Below the pieces are notes generated by a model that was not told the origin of the DNA, did no database searches, and saw only the letters and a list, made by a program, of their open reading frames with translations. This document shows positions 53,035 to 64,000 of a DNA stretch of 64,000 bases, piece after piece; position 1 is the stretch's first letter; every line of letters begins with the position of its first letter. The DNA is from Gnetum montanum (taxonomy: Eukaryota > Plantae > Gnetophyta): assembly GCA_015680685.1 (NCBI GenBank), contig MNCI01001925.1, forward strand, positions 124,001-188,000. Direction: 5' to 3'. A program made the position numbers and the translations under genes.

Positions 53035-54146
53035 TTTCCCAATACATGTCACTTTCATTTTTTACTCTTCTTCTATTCTTTCTCTTCTTGAAAAGTGATA
53101 GGATCATTGCCTAGAGTCTCAACACTCATTCCACCAAACTAGATCACAAGAAGGTCAATGAATAAGAAAAATCTTAACCTCTTTACATTCCTATGCCTAT
53201 GCTTAAATCCATGTCTTTTGACTTGAGAAAGAAGTACCTTACTATTTATCCAAATGATAGTCCCTTCTTCTTGAAAAGTGATATCTTGCTAATTTTCACT
53301 TAGTTTGTTATTGAATTATGTAATTTATATGCTTTTGAATTCTAACTAAAATCAATAAATTATATAATTTATATGCTTTTTAATTCTTATTATAATCAAT
53401 GATACACTTTTCTATTAAATCATCCAATTTCTTCCTCAAGATATTCACCTTTGGAAATTACAAAAATCATAACTTTTATTGCTTAATTTAGAACCGCATT
53501 TTGAGATGATTCAATGTTAACATGGCTCTAATATCACAAGATATAAGAATAAAAGAAAATATTGCATGAATTGCAAGCTCAATTTTTGGTTGAATTTGAT
53601 AATTTAAATGTGAATATATATACACCCATACAAATATATTAAATTCATATACAAGAATCTAAATGAATGAAAGAGAAACCAATAATCAACACTCATGATA
53701 TTGTAATTCATTAAACTAATCATTTTAAAGCATCACACTGAACTTTAAAAAAGTAATCATATTTCCTTTCCTATATGGTTACTAGAAGATTTATAATCTT
53801 TATCATATTATATACATGCAGTTGCTTGCACTATAAGCAAGTTTCTAAATTTGCTTGATGAAATCTCATGGTTTATCTTCTCTTGAATAATCTTAACATA
53901 TATTTTAGACCTTTCTATGCTTATCTTCAAGAACTTATAATTGCCAATATTTAACAAACCATTTTCTTTCAATATTCTAGCTTTTTCTAATTATAAATAT
54001 TGGCACTAATCTTCAATGAAGCTGTGCATATTGGCATTGCTATTTTTAACCATTCCAGTAAGAGCTTAGAATATTTGCGTGTTAATTATTAAGTGTAGGA
54101 AGGTAGGAGGCAAACTACGTGTCCGTGGTGGAGCCTTGTTTGGATT

Positions 54147-57100
54147 TCACATCATCGAAATGGGAACAGGTTCGAATACCATGAGATGCATGACGTGTTT
54201 CCATTCATCTGCACCGCTTCTTCTGTGGAGAAACTGCAGAACCCTAGTCAATTCCCAAGCCACCTTCAAGCTACTGCTGAATGGATTCCTGTGGTCTAAA
54301 TACATGCTCAGAACGTGTCTGGTAAATTCATTGGCCGTCTCTTGGAGTTGGGCAATGGCTTCTTCTTGCTGCAGACCAGGCATCTCTTTCATCAAGCATG
54401 TCACAGCCGACACTACATTTTCTTCACGATGAAGCCGTGTATCTTCCTCTGCACTACCCTGTTAGGCAACTCACAACATTGCATTAGCTAGTTTTGCTAA
54501 TCCTTTAGATGACACATTATGAAGCTATGATTAATTATACAATTATTATTGCTAAGTGAGGAAGGTTGGAAATTTAAGTTACATCATAGTCTGATTCAAG
54601 TTGAGGGCCGTAAATGTCATTGAGAATGCGTATAATGGTTGCACACTGCTTCTCAAAGAGCGAGATCCCTCTGAGATGAAGATCTTTACTGGAGTATTTG
54701 CGGAACAGCAGCAGCTCCGCAATGGCGAAGAGGGGACACAGTGAGACAGATTCGGTGCCATTATCCAGGTATTCATTAAATTCCACGTTACTTGGATTTT
54801 TTTGTGTTTCTTCCTCCCACTCTGATTCCTTCAGAAAAGACTCCATCTGACTGGCCCACTGACAGTGAATCATGAGTTATCCACACCTAACTTTCACGCA
54901 TTTGTCATATTGTGCTTTTGTAACTAATTAAAATGAAGACAATTGCTATAAGGAATAAGATTGAATAACAGATATGCAAGTTTAAAATAAGCAGCAGTCT
55001 GTTGCATATATGTTTCTATAACGATAATTTATATGTTTCTATAACGATAATTGTTTCACCTGGGTTTACTTAATTACCATATTAAGCAGATACCCACGAA
55101 CGTCGAATCCTTGTACGCGACTGCATTGATCGGCCAATTCTTTGAGAGTGTTGATTGCAAACTTAAAACAAGTTATCATCCCCTCAGGCAAGGGCAGTGA
55201 GTCAACGTCATCCAGTGAATGCCATCTGAACTTAAAAATAAAGTAAAATAAATGTTCTACTTCAAAATTAAATTGCTGATGGTACGGTTACTGCACTTAT
55301 GTTTGTCTGATCCATTCAGACTTGAGAGTGTAAATTATTGTGACAGAGACAATAAACACCTTTTAAAGGCAGCCGTCAGAAGCCTGAGCTGGTCAAGGGT
55401 GCCACCGCACTCATCGTACAGATCATCCGTCACGTAAACCATCTTCGCTGCTTTTGTTAGGGTTAAACGAATTGCAGAATATTCCTCCTCGAACACAGCC
55501 ATTGCAATCACACAGAAAGATTGCACATGGCGTTGTCTGAAGATTTTTAATTTTGATATCTCACTTGCACTCCACCATCTATTAGACAAAACAAGTTAAT
55601 TATCTTTCACAGGTGACATGAAACTATGAATTATGAAACACGACGATTGGGAATGAGAGAAAAATTAGATTATTTTTTACGAATTTGTTAATAGCATTTG
55701 CTTTTAGTATAACAACGCTTACGAGGAAATATGGCAGAGTTCTTGCTGAAACGTTAACTGAAGTATGTTGAAATCTAGCTTGCCCAACTCTAACACGTTT
55801 CTGTTGATGCCGTCCCTGAAATACATTTGCAGCACAAACATAAAAGGATCAATCTAAAATTAGATACGCAACTACGTTTCAGCTTTACTGCAACATAAAA
55901 TAAAACTAGAGGCTACGCCTTAATCAAAATGTTTCTATTGTTTCTTTTATACTTTTCTCTGAATTTATGAATATAAATATCATACCGAAGAAATTCGGTG
56001 TTTGTGCAGAGTATGTGAATGAAGGAGCGTGCCTGCCATCTCTCAGGGGTTATGGGCCATGGACATTGCAGAGAAAATTTAACCTGCACAAAGACAATCA
56101 AAAGATCACGTCAGATAAATGTATTCCATCTTATCGTAAGTACCGTCAGGATCGATGCATGACTTAACAGTTCCAGAACAGTTAATCTTCCTCCACTGGT
56201 AGACAGGCTGAGATTGTTAATACTTCAAATTAAATTGACAAAAATCTACTAACAAACCAACCTCCTCGATCAGATATGCAGGAAACAAGCTTGGTGTTTC
56301 AGGGTCAGATATCCATGAATTCAGAAGTTTCGTGGCCAAAGTTTCGATTCTCTGGAGAAGTGTTTCTCCCGGAAATTGAATTCTTGAAGCTCTGAGCAAA
56401 GCGATGACACTTTTTACCTCTTCCACGCTGCCAATCTTCAGTTCAAGGAATTCTGGTCTGTTGAATACATCTGGTAATCCAACCATGGCGCCCAGGTACC
56501 GTGCAAATGAATTCACGTATCCAATATATCATTATTAGGTGCTGGATTACAATGCTAATGTAACCGAGAGCCAATTGAAATAAATTTGAAAATATTACCA
56601 GAAGAGATATCAGGATATCGATGCAATCGCAGAAACTGAAATGCCAATGCTGTGTAACGCACGTTTACGACATCAGAAGTTGTTCCATCATACATGATAA
56701 GTCCACTGCTTAACTTCCAGGCTCTGACATAAAATGCAATGCCTAGATTAGCTATTTTAGCATTAGGGATTTATTTCTCAAAAACGCAATCCACATGGAA
56801 CAAACTTGACTGAGCACGGAAAACTAAATTGAGCAAACTTGACTGAGCACGTAAAACTACTTGACTGAGCACGTAAAACTAAATTGGGTAAGTGGTAGAG
56901 AAATAAATTGGGTAAGTGGTAGAGAAATAAAGGAGGGATGAACGATTCCATTTAGTTTTGGAACTAGTTAAATTCAAGTTAATAGATATATATATATATG
57001 GTACAGCATGTAGATTTGGACCAAATGATTCACTAGACTCTGGCTGTGGTGTACCTGAAAACAATGTCAAGATATTTCTGAGTTTCTTTGCGGAAATGAC

Positions 57101-57446
57101 GGGAGAGGGCCAGGTAGTGAATAGTGTCAACGAAATCCAGGACCGCCATGGGATCCTCGGTTTCTGCAAGCGAGCCTTCATCTAGCAATTCCCTTATCTC
57201 CGTCATAACACATAGGAATCGCTCCTGGTAAGAAGGCACATAACCAAACAAAAAAAGTTCGCTAGCGTCATCAGTATTTTATGTGAAATAGGATAAAGTG
57301 GATGTACAATGTAACCAATAATGAGAAATGCATGAGACACATACACGCAACGAAGTAGTAGTTCCTGTGCCGCCGTTGTTGCTGCTATCATAGGATTGTA
57401 CGATGCCGGCATTGCTGTTGGATACCGTCGGCACTTGCGCAGCCAT
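54147..57446 (-). CDS. TPS: Class I terpene synthase (mono/sesquiterpene type, beta-alpha domain), 10 exons, 583 aa, apparently intact
   Basis: Exons 57446-57345, 57224-57055, 56723-56599, 56470-56262, 56083-55986, 55815-55723, 55578-55360, 55225-55078, 54858-54583, 54458-54147 (1752 nt, all GT-AG, phases 0,2,1,0,2,2,2,0,0). Motifs TALAFQFLRLHRY, RAS..FPGE, LELGKLDFN, WW, RQR, DDLYD (55413-55427), NDIYGPQLE, C-terminal FEPV. Exon 1 is the least certain. Confidence 0.92.
56801..56930. repeat. Short tandem duplications in TPS intron 2
   Basis: acttgactgagcacg(g/t)aaaacta x3, then aaattgggtaagtggtagagaaata x2. Confidence 0.85.
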
Positions 57447-57550
57447 TTTTGCAGTCAGGAAGACTTGGATCTTGAATCTCTGTATCTAACAAAAGCCGAC
57501 TCTAAGGTATTTGCTCTACAATATTTTTAAGAGTTCTTGGCCATGGAACA

Positions 57551-57647
57551 TATTTATAACCGTAGCAGCGTAAGTTGGGGCATAATTGTATGGCCAGGAT
57601 GGCTCTTAGCAACTCATGAGTTAAAAGGTTTGGCAAAGGCCACGTGG
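57551..57647 (-). promoter_or_regulatory. TPS core promoter: TATA box and G-box
   Basis: TATAAATA on minus at 57558-57551 (~105 nt upstream of the ATG); palindrome aactcatgagtt 57611-57622; gcCACGTGg at 57639-57647. Confidence 0.65.
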
Positions 57648-58459
57648 TTTCGTATATTTCTCACAAAAACCCAAAATCATTTAAATTTTGTGAGATCCAC
57701 ATTACGGCAATGAAAGTTACTTTTTAAGTGAAAGAGGATTAAATTATGCGACTCAATGTTGTTTTTCATTTGGATAGCCTGTTGTTTTTCATTTGGATAG
57801 CCCGACCAACGGAATATTCCACAGAAATAAAGCTCGCCAAAACAAAGCAAACAACCAACGTAGAAATAGTAGGTTTTGTCGGGTTGCAAAACCAACAAAG
57901 GAAAAGTTTCAAGAAGCAAATCAAACGACCTACCAACGTTACAAATCTATGGAAATCTTTGCCAATCTACGTCATTGAGAGTACTGGTTGGAACGAAATA
58001 AAAGACAAAGGACAATGAGACAATGTCCATTAATCAAAAAAGCACGTTATCTGTAGAGTCTGACGAAAGGCTGGGACATGACGCTTAGGTCGGTGAATCC
58101 GAGTAGGAAGAAGTTGGGGTACGGCTTCTGAGGATCATCACCGGAAGCTGATGTTATTTTGATTACCTTTTTTAGTTGAATGTGGTATCTTCTTCGCACA
58201 CTTTTTCAGGGTCTGGACCTGGTCTGCGCAATGTATATAAAACGCAGTGAAAGAAAATTTACCATGATGTGCAGAGGTTGCCTACTACTAATAATATGAT
58301 TTCTACTATGATATATTATTGTCAACCTCTCACATTTTCTCATGTTCATATCATTAAATTCACACCCATCTCGGCTGTCTCGCACCATTTCGTTGTCGTT
58401 ATTAATTAATCGTGCTGGTAATCTAGTGAAATCAATAAACCGTGAGCCGCCAACATTAG

Positions 58460-59747
58460 CAGGAATCTTCAAACATGATGTTACAATGGTCAGAATGAGT
58501 TCTCTTCACAGCCTTGTACATGTACACATGGTCTGCGCAAACACGGCCGTAAGTTGCCAGCATTTTAGCAGGGATCTTAAAACATGATGTTACAATTCTT
58601 GGAATAACTTCACCCTTGTACACGTTCACATGGTCTGCGTGAAGGAATCTTAAAACATAATGTCATAACTGTTGGAATAACTTTGTGTCACACTTCTCGT
58701 GACACCCTTGTACATGTACACATGGTCTGCACAACATGGCTTTTAAATTGGTGTCATTTGTACACCTTGGCTTTCTTTTTCAATGATAACATTACCTCTT
58801 TGAATGCCTTTTCTTCATAGCCTTGTACATGTATGACACCCTTGTACATGTACACATGGTCTGCACAACATGGCTTTTAAATTGGTGTCATTTGTACACC
58901 TTGGCTTTCTTTTTCAATGATAACATTACCTCTTTGAATGCCTTTGGTTTAGTTAAGTCGTCTAGTTGCTCCGCAATGCGAAGCACCCTCGCTCGTGTCC
59001 TCGTAGGTGCTCGTGTCCTCGTAGCGATGCGGAGCTCCGCTGGTAGAGCACATGATGAAGGAAGCGCAGCGTAGCCAAGTGGCTCACTCACCTCTTTGAA
59101 AGAATCTCTGACTATGCCGCCTCTGTACCAACCTCTTCTTCTTCTTGGGAGAACCTCGTATTCAAGTTCTACTTCCTTCTTAGGATGATTCTTGTAAATG
59201 GGAAAGGAAAGCACCAGTGACTTTTGTCACCCGAGAGGTTCTTAGGGCATGTCATCAAGGAACGAGCCCCGAGGAAGTGGGTTGCGGTAAGGCATTTGCC
59301 GATTTAGAGTACGAGAACTCCTAAAAAGTAAGCATCATGGGGGCTAAGAACAAATTGAAATGTGATCTAGTGAACAGAGTAGATGTGTAAGGTGGATTCA
59401 TTGGATAAATCCATGTGGATTTGGTGGCTTTCTTTTTTGAGGTAACTTCATCTCATTGATGTATTTTGCATTTTCATTGGTGTCATCTGTACCACTTGGC
59501 TTTCTTTTTTAATGGTAACATTACCTCTTTGATGTATTTTGTATGAGTTGCCAGCATGTTAGTAGGGTTCTTAAGACATGATGTTACAATTATTGGAATA
59601 ACTTCTCTTCATAGCCTTGCACATGTACACATGGTTTGCGCAACATGGCTTTTTCATTGATGTCATTTGTACAACTTGGCTTGCGTTTTCTATGATAACA
59701 TTACCTCTTTGAATGACTTTTCATCATAGCCTTGTACATGTACACAT
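58460..59747. repeat. Complex tandem-repeat block upstream of TPS, interrupted by a CpG-rich segment (58946-~59340)
   Basis: Recurrent ccttgtacatgtacacatggtctgc...taacattacctctttga units; 58700-58811 is identical to 58834-58945. Confidence 0.85.
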
Positions 59748-62700
59748 TGTACAAGTTACTTCGAGGCACTCATAGTCTTGAAAAAAAATTAAAATTTTAA
59801 AAAGTGTAGATTTCAAAATGTAGATGAATGGTTACCTCAGGTTATATAATGACCATTGATGTTTCTAAAGTGTTCAAGCCTATCTACCTTAGCATTGAGA
59901 TAACCTACAAAGAGACAAGTATCTTAATTGTTGGGTACCTTATGTTTGCTTACCTTGAGCATTTTCCTTAAGGATTGTAAGATTGAGAGAGAATTTTCTT
60001 GGATCTTGTTCTAGATCTTTGACTATGTTGCACTTTCAACATTTATACTATGATTTTGGTAGCAAATAAACAAGTGTTTTTTCTTACTCATACTTTGTAC
60101 TCTTTTGATTCCATTAAAGTTGGTTTCTAAGGAAATTAGGTATTTGTTGAGCTTAGTCCTCACCATATTAATATTAGAGAGTTTGGTTCTTGAAGTAATT
60201 CAGGCATGGAGATGCAATCTTTTCACTTTAATCTTGAAGTTGGGTAATTATCATTTTACTTTGCTTCTTCAATTGTATGAGAATTACAATTTTGATTTTG
60301 CTTTCTCCTACTCTTTGTAGAATTTGAGAAAACTCCTTTGGCATAAAATTGAGGTCAATTGATTTGGGTTTTGATAATTCTATCGATTTGTGACATCCAT
60401 TATCTTGAGTGAGCTAAAATTTATTTCATTTTGCTTTAGACGTACTCAAACTAGTTTGGGGTATCTCTTACAATTTGTGGATACTCCATAATTAGTTGGG
60501 GGTGCTCCAATATTTTTGCGGGTTGTTCAATTTCCACTTGTGGATCTAATTCCTTCAAGGCATCCAAGAAAAGATAATTTGATATCTTGCTAAGGATATA
60601 GAAGAGATGAAAGGGGGGTTTTAATTGATTTTTAAGAAAGTTGAGAAGTTGGAAGAAGATAAGGAAACAAGACATCATCTCCATGAAAATCTAACCATCA
60701 TGTGAAGTTTAGAGTTTCTTCATCAAGTGGTCATTATTACATGCTTGATTTGGAAGATGATATTTCCATTGATCTTAAAGACTTTGAAGATGAGGATAGA
60801 GTTGAAGAAGAGGAGATCCATCATTCTTGAAGGGGTATGGACTAGCCACAAAACTGAAGTATTCCAAGAAGGAATATTGGGCCTAGTTTAAGAAAACAGG
60901 GATAATTTGATGAAGAAATGGATATCAATCTTTTCAAGGCCTTTAGGCTTGCTACAAGAATGTCACATGTTGAGGTCAAAACCTTTAATCTGATGAAAGG
61001 TATAGATTCCTTTACTTCTTGACTCAAGACTATTAATAAGTATTTTGAACTTGAAGATGTTCATGAGAAACAAAAAGCATCATATGTTGAAATCAAATTG
61101 GAGGGTATGACACACATTTGGTGGGAAAGAGAAAACCATTCTTATATGGTTGACCTTGGCTTACTCATCAAATTTGGGTTACTTATGTAATATTTAATGA
61201 AATAAAATTTGGATAAGTTTCAACATACATAAGAAGCAATCAAAAGGCTCAAATATTTGAAATAAGAAGACACATAGGTCAAAGAATACTACATGAAATT
61301 TTGTAAGGTATTCCATCAAGTAAAGGTGCAATGGTCTAAGTATGAGCAAGCCTCAAATTTCACATCTAATCTTAAGAGCAAGTATTAGTAAGAGCTTATA
61401 TTTTATGAAGCTCAAAATTTAAATGAGACATTTGAATTATCTCTCAAAGTTGATAAGAAGCTACAAGGATATGCTAAACATGACCCAAGAAAATTTTCAA
61501 AGGGCAAAGATTCCAAACTTTCCAAAGGTAAAAATGGAGCCAAGAAAAAGAATTCCAAGGAAGATATATAAGAGAATCCAAAAGAAGATTCCAACAAGTC
61601 GTTCAAGAATGATTCATCTAAGAGAAAAGGTTATAGTAAAATCTAATACTTCAATTATGAAGAGATGGGACATGGGCAATGGGAATGCAAGAAGCTAAAA
61701 GTGTCTAATGTTAAGGAATTTCAAACCATAGAAAAGGATTCTTCATCCTATATAAGTCAAGGTAACTTTAATGCACTTCTAATTAAAGATAACACTAAAG
61801 TTAATTCTTGTACTTTCATGGGAAATGTCAATGTTGAGGATCCTAATAGGAAAATGCTTTTTAGAATTGGGGCTAGATGTTTGTCTATTAGGGAATAGAT
61901 TCATATTCTGTTTGTTGGCAAAGCTTAAGAAAATGTGATCTCAACTAAGATTGTCCAAAGATTATATCTATACAAATTTTCTTATCCAAGGCCTTATACA
62001 GTTCATTGACTTTCCAAAGATCATTATCAAAACATACAAGATAGATGTATTTTATCTTTTAGAATTGGTTCCTATCATTATATGCTGATGTAATTCTTGG
62101 TAAACCTTAGAACTTTGAAAACAAGACTATCTTTTATGGGGATAAAAATATATAGTTTGTATGTAGGATACATGACATTCATAAGTTGATTCTCTTGTCC
62201 TTATGGTAGTTTAAGGAAAATGTTTCTAGTAATGCATCTTTGATTTTGTTTAGTAAGCAAGAATATGTTCAGGGTCATGAACAAGGTGGACATGGTTTTA
62301 TCATTGTATTAAAAATTGCAACATGTAAGAATGAGCAAGAAAATGAACTCTTAGTAGTGATGCAACCTTTGATATAAGAATTTGTTGATGTATTTAAGGG
62401 TAAATTAAAAGGGATTCCTCCTATAAGGTCTACTTAGCATCAAATTGACTTCATACTAGGGAAACCATAGAAAATGAGAGAGCTTACCAAATGACTACAC
62501 ATTAGAGGTAGAATTTTTAAAAGTGGGTTAGTGAATTGCTCTCAAATAGTTTAATTAAGGAGTAAATATTCCATGTATAGCACCATTCGTGTTAGTTCTA
62601 ATAAAGACACTAATGAGATGAAAATGTGCATTAGTTATAGGATTGTTAATAGGATCATTATCAAATATTATTTTTCTATTATAGGATGGATGATATTCTT

Positions 62701-63829
62701 GATGTTCTTGATAATATTGAAGTCTTTTCCAAGATTGATTTGAAGAGTGACTATTATTAAAATAATGATTAGACATGGAGAGGAGTGCAAAACTACTTTC
62801 AAAATTCTAGATGAGATGTATGAGTGGTTAGTTATGCCATTTGGGCTAATCAATGCTCTTGATACTTTTAAGAGATTAATGCATGATCCATTGAGAGGAT
62901 TAATAAGTAAATATTGTATTGCATTTTTTTGATGATATCCTTGTTTATAGTTCCAATGAGGGTGAGCATGTATAACATCTTAGGAAGGTGTTCTTAAAAT
63001 TACATGATGCTTAATTAGTAATAAAAGGAAGAAATGTAACTTCTTTAAAAGGAATATTATGTATTTGGGTAATACTATCTCCAAAAACCAAGTGAAGATG
63101 GAGCCTAGTAAGATCTAGGAAATTAGAGGTTGAACTTCACCAATTAATGTTGGACAGATGAGATATTTCTTTGGGTTTGTTGGTTTTTATACAAGAATTA
63201 TTAGACATTTCAGTTCTATTGTATGTCCAATACTTTCTTATTTAAAGAAGACTATAGATTTTGTGTGGGGTGATGAACAAGAGAAATCATGTCAAGCCTT
63301 GAAGGAAAAACATTTATAGTGCTCATGTGCTTACCATTCCAAATTTTACCAATATTTTTGAAGGTGGAGGTGGATGCAAGTAGACTTATAGTTGATGGTG
63401 TTTTATCTTAATAATGTAAGCCCATTGTATTTTTCTTAGAGAAGCTAAATGAATTAAGGAAAAAGTATAGTATTTATGAAAAGAAATTTTATGGTATACT
63501 TCAAGCTATTACACATTGGAGACATCACTTGTTGGAAAGTGAATTTTTACTTTTAACTAATTACAAGGCCTTGTAATTCTTAAATTTGTAAAAGAAGTGT
63601 CAAACATATGAAATGGATAGAACAACTCCAAGAGTTTGGCTTTGTGTTAAGGCATAGAAAATGAAAAACTAATGTGGTAGCATATCCCCTTTCTAGGATT
63701 CATGTGATGAATCATTCATACATACAAGTAGAGGAACTTAAGGTATTTACTTCTTTGTATAGAGATGATGCTAATTTTGGTGATATCTTTGATGAGCTAG
63801 CCAAAATTCTAAGGCTAGATTACTCTTGT
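59748..63829 (+). mobile_element. Degenerate chromovirus-type (CRM-like) Ty3/gypsy, 5' part
   Basis: Starts TGTA inside a repeat unit. gag KL.G...WWE (~61095-61125); knuckle YFNYEEMGHGQWEC (~61648); PRPY.V (~61986); RT FSKIDLKS (~62726), YEWLVMPFGL (~62819), FDDILVYS (~62928); RH EVDAS (~63367), YSIYEKK (~63466). LTR and PBS boundaries are uncertain. Confidence 0.8.
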
Positions 63830-64000
63830 TGTAGAAGTGTTACCTCATCTGTAACTAACTCGCCAATCTTCTCCATGGAGGAACAGTCCAAAGCTAAAGA
63901 AATCATCAAGACATAAAAGAATTAGGGTTAAATCCAATCAAATCCCACACTTAGGACTATTACTCCTAAGTAAAATCATAAATCATCATCCTAACTTCTA
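63830..64000. mobile_element. Probable start of another insertion interrupting the gypsy pol before integrase
   Basis: pol-like translation ends after DYS; sequence from TGTAGA onward has no integrase motifs. Confidence 0.35.

Noticed and set aside
54079-57185. Plus-strand ORFs overlapping the TPS (54079-54432, 55252-55437, 55967-56167, 56958-57185)
   Set aside because: Antisense shadows of TPS exons with no independent support.
58046-58225. Exon-like minus-strand segment upstream of TPS (VIKITSASGDDPQKPYPNFF...)
   Set aside because: Short, bounded by stops, with no consistent splice partner or recognisable domain.
53000-64000. Biosynthetic gene cluster around the TPS
   Set aside because: No P450, reductase, transferase or second TPS is visible in the window.

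Overview
AT-rich plant nuclear DNA, probably a gymnosperm (inferred from the terpene synthase intron pattern). About 85% is decayed, nested retrotransposons, plus one intact host gene. Left to right: the end of a Copia LTR (1-462); an Athila-like Ty3/gypsy element (463-9608); an RTE-clade LINE (10371-13586); a pol-less SIRE-like Copia (14530-40425, TSD ATATT) whose gag is split by a 19-kb minus-strand Tat/Ogre-like gypsy (16125-35193, TSD CATAT, tRNA-Asn PBS); a solo LTR (41017-41882); a pol-less Athila-like element (42172-49249); an intact 10-exon, 583-aa terpene synthase on the minus strand (54147-57446) in a CpG-retaining island; a tandem-repeat block; and a CRM-like gypsy (about 59748-63830). 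The most notable observation is inside the Tat element. Between protease and RT lies an antisense 8-exon gene of about 1,115 codons with its own TATA box and mutually compatible intron phases. It appears to encode a degenerate FCP1/NIF (HAD) phosphatase-like domain, a PMD-like domain, acidic repeats and a coiled coil. Arrays of a co-varying stem-loop motif flank it and recur after the pol stop. Three unrelated LTR lineages here also repeat their own LTR palindromic motif in front of an internal TATA box that precedes their extra ORF. Domain calls come from motif recognition by eye; no searches were run.
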